64,000 nt of DNA from positions 1 to 64,000 of the forward strand of contig CAXHZO010000012.1 of NCBI GenBank assembly GCA_964022095.1. The letters run 5' to 3'. The notes beneath the pieces are model-generated. The model worked only from the letters and a program-made list of their open reading frames with translations, was not told the origin of the DNA and searched no databases. A program made the translations under genes and the position numbers. The first letter of the stretch is position 1. The number at the start of each line of letters is the position of its first letter. Positions 1 through 8,638 of the stretch are shown here, piece after piece. The DNA comes from an uncultured Arcobacteraceae bacterium. GTDB lineage: Bacteria; Campylobacterota; Campylobacteria; Campylobacterales; Arcobacteraceae.

Positions 1-112
1 GGGAAAAGATTATCAAGAACTTTATGTCCTATAAAGTGTTGACATTCTAAGTTCTTACTTAAAAAGGAATAATAGGAAGTTCATATGAGCTAAATTATTT
101 ATTATATTTTAA

Positions 113-946
113 TTAATGTAGTTTAACTCTCTTCAAATATTCACTTATTATTGGTATATAATCTTTTCTACAAATCAAGAATGTCTTTAACTCATTTGGA
201 AGCTTTGTAAGGATTAAATCATTTGAATAATCATATTTATCAATAATTCTTTTTGATAGATATGCTTTCCCCATTCCATTTTTTACACAACCAAGCATTA
301 CTTCATAGTTTTCAATAAAAATTGTTTTAAAATTTTCATTACCTCTATTTTTTTCATATTCAACTAAAAACTTATAATGAGTGCTATCTTTTTTGTATCC
401 AAATAAACAATTATCATATTCTTGTTTTTTTGGTTCTACCATATACAAATCATCATTAAAACTATTTAAAATCATTAAATCTTTATGACTAGGAGCACCT
501 GTAAGAAATGCAATATCAAGTTTATAGTCCAATATTTTTTCTAATATTTGAGGATTAGCATCTGCATAGAGTTCTAATTGCATATTTGGATATTTTTTAT
601 TTAATTTATTTATAAATGGTAATAATCTTAATGCAACATTTGCTTGACCAGAGCCAATACGAAGTATTTCTTGATGAGTTATATTTTGCATTTTATATTG
701 TGCTATTTCAACTTTTTTTATAATCTCAACAGCCATAGGATAGAGTTTTTCTCCCTCTTTTGTCAAAATAACACCAGATGGCACTCTATGAAAAAGGAGG
801 TATCCTAAACTCTTTTCTAATTGCTTAATTCTATTAGTTGCATTTGATTGGGTAAAGTTTAAATCAACTGCTGCTAAAGAGATACTTTTTTTATTTGCAA
901 CTGCTACAAAAACTTTTAACAGTGATGTTTCCATATATCTATCCAT
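113..946 (-). CDS. LysR-family transcriptional regulator
   Basis: N-terminal LysR HTH (LKVFVAVANKKSISLAAVDLNFTQSNATNRIKQLEKSLG) plus substrate-binding domain; divergent from a transporter. Confidence 0.95.
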   Translation of the reverse strand: MDRYMETSLLKVFVAVANKKSISLAAVDLNFTQSNATNRIKQLEKSLGYLLFHRVPSGVILTKEGEKLYPMAVEIIKKVEIAQYKMQNITHQEILRIGSGQANVALRLLPFINKLNKKYPNMQLELYADANPQILEKILDYKLDIAFLTGAPSHKDLMILNSFNDDLYMVEPKKQEYDNCLFGYKKDSTHYKFLVEYEKNRGNENFKTIFIENYEVMLGCVKNGMGKAYLSKRIIDKYDYSNDLILTKLPNELKTFLICRKDYIPIISEYLKRVKLH

Positions 947-1020
947 TATATAGTTTATAACTTTATATTATTTGACATTATACAGTAAATAGTTTATAGT
1001 TTCAAAAAATATAAGGATTT

Positions 1021-1899
1021 ATGTTGATTGATTTATTATTTACTAAACTAATGCCAATAGTTATACTTATTGTTATTGGATTTTATTGGAAGAAAAAAGA
1101 ACTACCATTTGATAAAGATATGATTAGTTCACTTCTTATGAATCTTGGAACTCCAGCTCTTTTAATAGCATCAATTAACAACAAGGATTTAACAGTAGAT
1201 AATATGCTAACAATTCTTATTTATGGTACATCTTTAATTATTGTATGTACTGTACTGACAACAGTTTATTTAAAAATTGAAGGCAAAGAAGTAAGACCTT
1301 TTTTACAAAGTTTTATTTTCCCAAATACAGGAGGATTAGGTATTCCAATTGTTTATGTATTACTTGGTGAAACTGCCTTTGTATATGCTATTACATTTTC
1401 AATTTTAATCAATATTTACCACTTTACTATTGGCTTATGGTTAGCAAATAATTCACTAAATATTAAAAAAGCACTTCAAACACCAGTATTATATGCTCTT
1501 GTTGCAGCACTTTTATTTAAAGGTACTAACACTGAAGTACCATCTGTATTAGAAGATGTTTGTAAAATGCTTGGTGGAATAGTTATTCCACTAATGCTTA
1601 TCGCATTTGGTTCTTCCCTTGTTGGTATAAAAATTGGTGAGAATCTAAAAGCAATTAGAATGGGAATAGCAAGGGTAATAATTGGTTTTTTAGTAGTTTA
1701 TATGGCATATATCCTTGGTGATTTTGAGCATATGATTATTGCAACTTTACTAATTCAATACTCAATGCCAATTGCAACTACGAGTTATCTTTTTGCATTT
1801 AAATTTAATGGTCCTGACAAAGAAATAGCCGTTATGACTGCGTCAAGTACAGTTACCATACTATTTTTACTGCCTGTGATTATTTATCTAGTAAAATAA
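1021..1899 (+). CDS. AEC (auxin efflux carrier) family transporter
   Basis: Highly hydrophobic; FPNTGGLGIP and SMPIA motifs typical of the AEC/malate permease family. Confidence 0.9.
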   Translation: MLIDLLFTKLMPIVILIVIGFYWKKKELPFDKDMISSLLMNLGTPALLIASINNKDLTVDNMLTILIYGTSLIIVCTVLTTVYLKIEGKEVRPFLQSFIFPNTGGLGIPIVYVLLGETAFVYAITFSILINIYHFTIGLWLANNSLNIKKALQTPVLYALVAALLFKGTNTEVPSVLEDVCKMLGGIVIPLMLIAFGSSLVGIKIGENLKAIRMGIARVIIGFLVVYMAYILGDFEHMIIATLLIQYSMPIATTSYLFAFKFNGPDKEIAVMTASSTVTILFLLPVIIYLVK

Positions 1900-1912
1900 G
1901 TTATGAACAAAT

Positions 1913-2012
1913 TCCACAACCTGTAATATTTGGCACAAAATTGACTAAGTAAGATTAACTATGCTAAAACTCCAGGACTATCAGTTGCTGATACAAAACT
2001 CTAAACAGTTTC
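1913..2012 (+). mobile_element. Right end of an IS256-type element (terminal IR plus conserved subterminal region); left end lies outside the window
   Basis: Reverse complement matches 51791-51890 at 80/100 positions with no gaps; ends ...GATACAAAACTCTAAACAGTTTC. Confidence 0.85.
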
Positions 2013-2182
2013 ATTGATTGTGTACATAAAACTAGAATTTAATCTAATATATTCATCAAGTGGTAATTTTTACTAGCGATGTGTAATTAAAATTTTATTA
2101 TAATAAAAATCTAAGGAAGTTTTGTCTTTCTAGAAGTTCCGTCAAAAGAACTATATCTGAGATATTATATATAGTTTAAAAT

Positions 2183-2204
2183 AAAGGAGAGTTTTTTCTC
2201 CTTT
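2183..2204. terminator. Intrinsic terminator-like hairpin downstream of the 2208-2723 gene
   Basis: AAAGGAGA-GTTTTT-TCTCCTTT perfect 8-bp stem with A/T flanks. Confidence 0.7.
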
Positions 2205-2207
2205 GTT

Positions 2208-2723
2208 TTATTTCCAAAAACCTTTATAATTCATTATTTCTTCGTGTTCTTGAATTAAAATATAACATTCAATCATAGACAAATTTTCTTCAATAAAATT
2301 ACTAATTTGTTTTTGATTATTTTTATTAATTATACTTACTTCTAAGCCTTTTATTCTATCTAAAATACTTTCTTTAGCATTTTCAATAGTAAACTTTTTC
2401 TTATCTTGTGAAAGATCTTTTAATATTTTTATTAAATATTTTTTAGGAATCATTTTATTAGTCCAGTCAAAGAAAGAGCCATCCGTATAATTTCTAATTT
2501 TATCTCTAAGTTGATATTTGACATGATCCATAAATATATTTATATTATTTGGATTATTTTCTTTTTCCAAAGATATGACTGAACCATTTTCAAGAAATTC
2601 ATAAATCATTTCTTCAGTAAAATACTCTTCAAGTAGTGCAATTAATTCGATATGAGATTTATTTTTCCAAACATAATATGTTCTTTCATTTATACCGCAT
2701 AATTTACTTATTGCTTTTCTCAT
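2208..2723 (-). CDS. Putative HTH DNA-binding protein/repressor of the mobile element
   Basis: N-terminal HTH-like segment (KAISKLCGINERTYYVWK); divergent from the alpA-like gene; AAGGA RBS upstream. Confidence 0.6.
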   Translation of the reverse strand: MRKAISKLCGINERTYYVWKNKSHIELIALLEEYFTEEMIYEFLENGSVISLEKENNPNNINIFMDHVKYQLRDKIRNYTDGSFFDWTNKMIPKKYLIKILKDLSQDKKKFTIENAKESILDRIKGLEVSIINKNNQKQISNFIEENLSMIECYILIQEHEEIMNYKGFWK

Positions 2724-2859
2724 ATTTAAATCCTTTTTATAATGATGTATATGAGAATAGATGAACTATATAAGTTGGATGATAAACTTGAGTTAGACTT
2801 AAGAAAAAAGAAACTTAGATTATCATTCTTTAAATAAAATAAAGATGGAAGGATTAAAA

Positions 2860-3096
2860 TTGACGTTATTCGAACTCGATCAAATATTAGAAGATAAATA
2901 TAAACATTGTGCTTGTTTAAATGAATCAACTGTAGCAAAAATTATTGGTGTTTCTCCAAGCACTTTGGGAAACTATAGGAATCAAGCTACTGGACCAAAA
3001 TGGTTTTCTGTAGGAAAAGGGAAAAGACCACGCATTATGTATAGTAAGACTTCAATTCTTGAGTTTATCAACGATAATGAAGTAAAAACATTGTAG
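2860..3096 (+). CDS. AlpA/excisionase-like HTH protein
   Basis: LNESTVAKIIGVSPSTLGNYRNQATGPKW...RIMYSKTSILEFI is an AlpA/HTH_17-type pattern; in-frame TTG at 2860 follows an AAGGA RBS (ORF track starts at 2845). Confidence 0.8.
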   Translation: MTLFELDQILEDKYKHCACLNESTVAKIIGVSPSTLGNYRNQATGPKWFSVGKGKRPRIMYSKTSILEFINDNEVKTL

Positions 3097-3097
3097 T

Positions 3098-3135
3098 CCC
3101 ACTTTTAAGTAGTTTTGGCGAACGTTAAAAGTGGG
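3098..3135 (+). terminator. Stem-loop between the alpA-like and rep genes (terminator/attenuator candidate)
   Basis: CCCACTTTTAA...TTAAAAGTGGG perfect 11-bp stem; 16-nt loop GTAGTTTTGGCGAACG; only a short T run follows. Confidence 0.5.
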
Positions 3136-3210
3136 TTTAACACACTAAGAAAATAGGTGATATGAATATTATCATATCTTTCATATATGAATATTGAAAA
3201 TAGGAAAAAT

Positions 3211-3909
3211 ATGGCAAAGAAAAAAGATGCATATTACTTTTCTCATGATTCTAATGCAAAAGATGATTTTAAGTGTATGTTATTGATAGAAGAACTAGGA
3301 CTAGAAGGGTACGGGATATTTTGGGTTCTAGTTGAAACTTTACGAGAGCAAGATAATTATAAATATCCTATCAAATTACTATCAGTTTTGGCTAGAAAAT
3401 ATAATACAACTGTTGCAAAAATGGAAGTAGTAGTAAAAAATTATAATTTGTTCAAAATAGAGGATGATATTTTCTTCTTTTCTGAAAGTTTGAATCATCG
3501 TATGGAGATTATGAACAAGGCAAAAGAACAGAGAACAATTGCCGGAAAAATAAGTGCTGCAAAAAGAAAAAAGAAACAAGAAGAGCAGTTAAAACAACTT
3601 GAAATTCACTTGAGTCAAAGTGACTCAAGTGAACGATCGTTGAACGATTGCTCAACGAGTGTTCAACAAATGAAAGAAAATAAAATAAAAGAAAAAGAAA
3701 AGAAAGAAAAAATAAAAAAAGATATTGAAATTTTTTCGCAACTTCAAAAACAAAATTTAACAGCACAGGAAATTGCAAAAATTGAAATAGATAAATTAGG
3801 TTTGAGTGAATTCTCAAAAAACTACTTAAAAACTAAAACATTAAGTGAAGTAATAAATTTAACTATAGATCATCAATCATATTTGAATTTAGTCTTAGTT
3901 AACTCATAA
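3211..3909 (+). CDS. Phage-type replication initiator-like protein (DUF4373/Lin1244-like N-terminal domain)
   Basis: YYFSHDSNAKDD...GLEGYGIFWVLVETL...FFSESLNHRM pattern; ATG 3211 follows an AGGA RBS; contains an internal iteron-like array. Confidence 0.75.
   Translation: MAKKKDAYYFSHDSNAKDDFKCMLLIEELGLEGYGIFWVLVETLREQDNYKYPIKLLSVLARKYNTTVAKMEVVVKNYNLFKIEDDIFFFSESLNHRMEIMNKAKEQRTIAGKISAAKRKKKQEEQLKQLEIHLSQSDSSERSLNDCSTSVQQMKENKIKEKEKKEKIKKDIEIFSQLQKQNLTAQEIAKIEIDKLGLSEFSKNYLKTKTLSEVINLTIDHQSYLNLVLVNS
3605..3720. repeat. Putative replication origin inside the rep gene: 13-bp perfect IR, four 11-bp tandem repeats and an A-tract
   Basis: TTCACTTGAGTCA-AAG-TGACTCAAGTGAA (3605-3633); TGAACGATCGT/TGAACGATTGC/TCAACGAGTGT/TCAACAAATGA (3630-3673); then an almost purely A/G stretch. 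Confidence 0.6.
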
Positions 3910-3918
3910 AGGAAAAAA

Positions 3919-4350
3919 ATGAAAGGTATAAAATTTAGATACTCAACAAAAATTGTTAAAAAAGAAAGAAATCTTAGATTTTATAAATCAGATCAATCTC
4001 TTTTCAATCTTATTTTTGAAGATCAAAAAATCAAGTTGTATGCAAATGCAAATGAAGAGTTTTTAGATCTTCATTCAATCAAAACTAATAGAGTAATTAT
4101 CCCTCATGTAGGTTCTTTTAAATATTTTCAAAATAAATTATATGTTTTTGAAATTTTACTTTTAAGAAAAAATCAAACTCCAAAAATAAAAAATGAATTG
4201 AATAATTTGAAAAAAGAATTATCAAATGCTTTTAAAATCAATTTGAATAATAAAATAGCTCTTTACAGGTTGATAATTAAATTTACAAATTTTACAACAT
4301 TTGATCAAATAGATTTTTATTTAGAAAATGATGAAAGGATAGCAGCATGA
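3919..4350 (+). CDS. Hypothetical protein of the mobile element
   Basis: 143-aa basic ORF with AAGGA RBS; ATGA overlap with trbJ. Confidence 0.7.
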   Translation: MKGIKFRYSTKIVKKERNLRFYKSDQSLFNLIFEDQKIKLYANANEEFLDLHSIKTNRVIIPHVGSFKYFQNKLYVFEILLLRKNQTPKIKNELNNLKKELSNAFKINLNNKIALYRLIIKFTNFTTFDQIDFYLENDERIAA

Positions 4351-5141
4351 AGAAATTATTAGTATCAATAACAACAGCAGCTACTTTAGCAATAAACAGT
4401 TATGCTGGTGCTGCAGCTGGTGGAGCTACAGAAATTACACAAATTTTGAATAATGCTCAATTAATGGGGATTTATTCAGAAGAGGTTATGCAATATAAAA
4501 CAATGATTGATCAATTGACTACTCAAATGAATCAATTGCAACAAGATATTATGTCTGTACAGATGATGACACAAAATTTACAAAATCTTAGTAATTTTAA
4601 TTGGCAAGATTTCGCAATGAGTGTATCAGGTTTACAAAATGTTATGAATGCTGCAAATGGAATATCATACGCAATGTCAAACTATGACAATATGTTTAAT
4701 AATCAATTCAAAGGTTATAACAATTGGTATTCAATTGCAAATAATAATTCATTAACTCCAGGGCAAAAAGTAAATAGCTTTTCACAACAGTATCAAACTA
4801 TAAATCAAACTACAAGAGATACAGTTAAAGGGACTTTAGACTCATTAAATTTACAAATGAATGATTTTCAAAATGAAGCAGCAACAATTAACACTCTTAA
4901 AAACAATTCAGCTGGAGCAGCTGGGAACAAAGCAGTTATTCAAGCTGCTAACGATATCGCTCTTTTTCAAGTTGATCAATTAAGAAAAATGAGATTAACA
5001 ATGATGAATCAGATTAATATGACTTCTCAATTTATGGCTGCAGAGAATGAAAGAAGAGAAATAGGGCAAAGTATTTTAGATAGCAGTAAAAGTATTAATA
5101 AACCTACTAGAACAGATAACAATTACAATTGGGGGTTCTGA
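4347..5141 (+). CDS. trbJ: P-type conjugative transfer protein TrbJ (VirB5-like)
   Basis: Signal peptide, GATEITQILNN motif, Gln/Asn-rich coiled coil, GNKAVIQAANDIA motif. Confidence 0.9.
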   Translation: MKKLLVSITTAATLAINSYAGAAAGGATEITQILNNAQLMGIYSEEVMQYKTMIDQLTTQMNQLQQDIMSVQMMTQNLQNLSNFNWQDFAMSVSGLQNVMNAANGISYAMSNYDNMFNNQFKGYNNWYSIANNNSLTPGQKVNSFSQQYQTINQTTRDTVKGTLDSLNLQMNDFQNEAATINTLKNNSAGAAGNKAVIQAANDIALFQVDQLRKMRLTMMNQINMTSQFMAAENERREIGQSILDSSKSINKPTRTDNNYNWGF

Positions 5142-5143
5142 TT

Positions 5144-5401
5144 ATGAGAAAATTAGTTTTATTTACTTTTGCAGTTCTTCTTTTTCTGTCTGGTTGTAAT
5201 GATAAAAATAAAGCACCAAGAACAGAAGAATTCTTTTCTAAGAATATCGCATTAGCAAAAGAATTAAATAAAGAATGTTTAAAAAATGGTATATCAAAAA
5301 ATGATTTTGAAAGGTCAGAGTGTATAAATGCTTCAAATGCAGTTATGAAAAATATAAAAAAACCAAATCGCAACGATAACAATTATAAAATGGGGTTTTA
5401 A
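5144..5401 (+). CDS. Entry-exclusion lipoprotein (TrbK/EexN-like)
   Basis: Lipobox LSGC, two further Cys (EC...ECINA), located between trbJ and trbL. Confidence 0.8.
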   Translation: MRKLVLFTFAVLLFLSGCNDKNKAPRTEEFFSKNIALAKELNKECLKNGISKNDFERSECINASNAVMKNIKKPNRNDNNYKMGF

Positions 5402-5402
5402 T

Positions 5403-6492
5403 ATGAAAAAGATATTTTTATTATTTGGAGTTTTTTTATTTATCACTCCTTTGTTTGCAGATATTGATACAAATAATCAAGCTAAAGATTTGTTTTTTTT
5501 ATTTAAAAATTCTATTGATTTTTGGCTTCCTAAAATATTAGAAGTTGCTACTTGGTTATTTTGGGCTTTTGTAACGATTGATTGGGTCTTAACTTTTGGA
5601 TATATGGCTTTAAAAGGTACGGATTTCGCAGAGATATTTGGAGAGCTTATAAGAAAAGTGATTCTTATTGGATTTTTTATGATGTTTTTTACATTTACAA
5701 GTTGGTTAAACACAATTCCTCAATCTTTTTCACAGTTAGCAGATATAGCAAATGGTACATCTATTTCAATTACAGTAGATTCCATTCTAGAGGAAGCAGT
5801 TAATATTTTCTGGGCTTTTGTACAAGGTTTTTCTATTACTAATTTAGTAAACTCTTTAGCTTTATTTTTTTGTGCTTTGATATCTGCAGTTCTTTTAGCA
5901 TATATTGGTGGTAGATTATTTGTAGTTCAATTATCTTTGTATATTAAAATAACTCTTGCACCTTTGATATTTTCATTAGCTGGATTAACTCAAACTAGAC
6001 AGATGGCTGTTAACCCATTCTTTTCGATAATTAAAGGTGGTTTTGAATTATTTTTATTGAAGCTATTTTTAGGATTGTCTTTAACGATATTTATACAATT
6101 TTCAAATGAAGTTCAACCAGATTTACAAAGTGCAATTATGGTTGTATTGGTCCCAATTTTAATTGCAATGTTAATAACAAATATCCCATCTATAGTTGAA
6201 AGCTTATTAAGTGGTAGTTTAAGCTAGTTCTAATATGAGACCAAGTGGAACTATGGCTGCTGCTGGATTAATGGGAGGAGCTGCTGGGGCAACTTTAGGT
6301 TTTGTAAGTGGAGCTGCTGGAGGAGCAATTGGAGCAAAAAGTGCAATTAATGCAGCGAAAGATTTATCTGCAGCTGGAGAGGGTACAACTTTTAAGAATT
6401 TAAGAAAAGCAGCAAGTGCAGATACGGTTAATTCTATTACAGGAGCTAATAAATATGCAGCTGGTAATAAAGGGGTAAGAATGGCTAACAGT
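5403..6492 (+). pseudogene. trbL: TrbL/VirB6-like protein, frameshifted near 6221
   Basis: Multi-TM VirB6-like ORF stops at 6227; removing one A at 6221-6222 joins it in frame to the Gly/Ala-rich TrbL tail of ORF 6235-6852; could also be a sequencing indel. Confidence 0.75.
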
Positions 6493-6852
6493 ATGAATCA
6501 AAAATCAGATATCTTAAGAGTTAATGAAATTGAAGAAAAAAAACTTGTCTCAAATTCCGATAGTTTTGGATTAAAAATACCAGGATATTTAAGATCATTA
6601 GGTCTTAATTATCCTGTTAAAACTATAGTTGATGAAAAGGCAGTTGCAAATCTTCTAAAAGTAAATGCAGATATGGGAAGACTTGGAGGACTATTTAAAT
6701 TATGGTTATCAGATAATAGATTTGATAAGTTTGATTTTAGCTCTACTAGATCATACAAAGATATTGATAATCTTGTAGATGAAATAGAAAGAACTCAAAA
6801 AGTTTTAAAAGATCAAGCATTGAATATAATGCAAAAGAATTATGATAGTTAA
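6493..6852 (+). CDS. traJ: TraJ/MobC-type relaxosome accessory protein, in frame with the TrbL tail with no stop between them
   Basis: GYLRSLGLNYPVKTIVD...LLKVNADMGRLGGLFKLWL is the IncP TraJ signature; overlaps the relaxase start; true start uncertain. Confidence 0.8.
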   Translation: MNQKSDILRVNEIEEKKLVSNSDSFGLKIPGYLRSLGLNYPVKTIVDEKAVANLLKVNADMGRLGGLFKLWLSDNRFDKFDFSSTRSYKDIDNLVDEIERTQKVLKDQALNIMQKNYDS

Positions 6853-8428
6853 AAAAGTACCAGCAAAAAAAGCTACAAAATCAAGCTATAAAGCACTTGC
6901 TAATTACATACTTGATAAGTCAAATGATATGGAAAAAGTAGAGTCATATTGGTTTACAAATTGTTCTTATACTGAAATAGATCATAATGTACTTGAAATT
7001 GAAAATATGCAGCAGCTTAACCAAAGAGCAAAGCAAGATAAAACATATCATTTGATTGTTTTATTCCAGGAAGATGAAAATCCAAATGATGAAATAATAC
7101 AAAATATAGAAAATGAACTTTTAAAATCAATTGGTCTTGAAGATTGTCAAAGACTAAGTGTAATTCATAATAACACTAATCATAAACATATTCATATTGC
7201 TGTAAATTTAGTAGATCCATTGACACTAAAAATGAAAAATCTATCTTTTGATAAATTAACTTTACAAAGAAAAGCTGCAGAACTTGAAAAGAAACATAAT
7301 CTAAAAATTACAAATCATTTAAAAACAACTAATGAACCAAAAGAAAAAAAGATTGATGATAAAACTATTCATACTGGAGTTATAAATTTTAAAGATTGGG
7401 TTAAAGAAACTGCATTAGAAGATATTAAGACAGTTATTGCAGATGATAAGAGTACCTGGAAAGATTTTTATACAGTATTCGCTAAGTATGATTTAGAATT
7501 AAGAGATAGAGCAAATGGATATGTAATATCAAGTAGATCTAGAAAACTATTTATAAAAGCTTCTGATGTACATAGAGAGCTTTCAAAAGCAAAACTTGAC
7601 AAAAGGTATGGATTTAGAGATAAAAGCGTTTTAAAAGCATTTATAGCTCAAATTGAGCCCAAATATAAATTTGAATTAAAACCAAACCTTGGTTCTAATC
7701 TTTGGGATGAGTATAGACAAGTAGAAAAACAAAAAGAGTTAGAGAAAATAAAACTACTAGATCAAGAAAAATTTCAAAGAGAAGAAACTAAAGCAAAAGT
7801 GCTTAAAAAATGGCAACTTTATAGAGAAAAAACGATGAAAGATAGAACTATTTCTAGAACAGAAAAACAAAAGATTTATAAAATGATTAGTATTTCTAGG
7901 AAAAATGAATTAAACAATATACAATCAAAATTTAAAGATCAAAGAATGGATATCTTTTCACAACATAGAAAACTTTCATATAAAGATTTTTTGATGAATA
8001 AATCTTTAGCTGGAGATGAAAAAGCCCTGGAATTATTAAGAAAAAAAGAAACTAAAACAAAGCAGTCCGGAAATACTATAGGTAAAGAGACTGAGAGTAA
8101 TCATAAGGTATTTAATTCTTTTGAAAAAAGAGTAAGTAAGGATGGTGTAGTTAGTTATATTTTGGATAATGAAAGTAGGGTACTAGACAAAGGAGATCAT
8201 TTTAAAATCAATATTAAAAATAATAGATCTCAAGAAATATTAACTGTTTTAAAAATGGCAATTGCAAAATATGGTAATGAGTTAGATATTACAGGAACAG
8301 AAGATTTTAAAAGAGAAGTTTTAAAAGCTGCAAAAGAGCATAATCTAAATATTAAATTTAAAGATGAAAAAATGCAGTTGATTAGAGATATCCAAAGTAG
8401 AAAAATAGGAAATGGATACTCTTATTAG
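6842..8428 (+). CDS. traI: MOBP-family relaxase (TraI-like) with C-terminal LPD7-like domain
   Basis: Motif I Tyr (LANYI), motif II YHLIV, motif III HNNTNHKHIH; C-terminal KYGNELDITGTEDFKREV. Confidence 0.9.
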   Translation: MIVKKVPAKKATKSSYKALANYILDKSNDMEKVESYWFTNCSYTEIDHNVLEIENMQQLNQRAKQDKTYHLIVLFQEDENPNDEIIQNIENELLKSIGLEDCQRLSVIHNNTNHKHIHIAVNLVDPLTLKMKNLSFDKLTLQRKAAELEKKHNLKITNHLKTTNEPKEKKIDDKTIHTGVINFKDWVKETALEDIKTVIADDKSTWKDFYTVFAKYDLELRDRANGYVISSRSRKLFIKASDVHRELSKAKLDKRYGFRDKSVLKAFIAQIEPKYKFELKPNLGSNLWDEYRQVEKQKELEKIKLLDQEKFQREETKAKVLKKWQLYREKTMKDRTISRTEKQKIYKMISISRKNELNNIQSKFKDQRMDIFSQHRKLSYKDFLMNKSLAGDEKALELLRKKETKTKQSGNTIGKETESNHKVFNSFEKRVSKDGVVSYILDNESRVLDKGDHFKINIKNNRSQEILTVLKMAIAKYGNELDITGTEDFKREVLKAAKEHNLNIKFKDEKMQLIRDIQSRKIGNGYSY

Positions 8429-8460
8429 AAAGGTAAGAATTGATTTCTTACCTTTTCTTA
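8429..8460 (+). terminator. Intrinsic terminator after traI
   Basis: AAAGGTAAGAA-TTGAT-TTCTTACCTTT perfect 11-bp stem directly after the stop, T-rich tail. Confidence 0.8.
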
Positions 8461-8638
8461 TCACTTAAGTGTTATTAGTTGGTAGCTAATATCATTAATA
8501 TTCGTCCTATCGAATATGAACATAGTCCATGGATGTATTTTAGTGTATATTTAATAAAAATTAATAATTCTTAAAACTAAATTGTAATTGATAATATAAT
8601 AGCAATTAATTAAAAAAAGAATATATACTTATTATTTA

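Noticed and set aside
1931-1946. TGGCAC as a sigma-54 -24 element in the conserved right-end module
   Set aside because: Neither copy has a correctly spaced TTGC -12 element.
2742-2837. 31-aa ORF (MMYMRIDELYK...) between the HTH and alpA-like genes
   Set aside because: No RBS and no recognisable motif; cannot be supported as a gene.
6610-6617. TATCCTGT matches the IncP nic consensus YATCCTG/Y
   Set aside because: It lies in traJ coding sequence (Tyr-Pro-Val) with no adjacent inverted repeat, and the same consensus occurs by chance elsewhere (e.g. ~21172).
8462-8545. tRNA gene (contains D-loop-like AGTTGGTAG and TTCG)
   Set aside because: Arm order and lengths do not fit a tRNA, and there is no proper anticodon arm, T-arm or CCA. 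Kept only as a generic structure.
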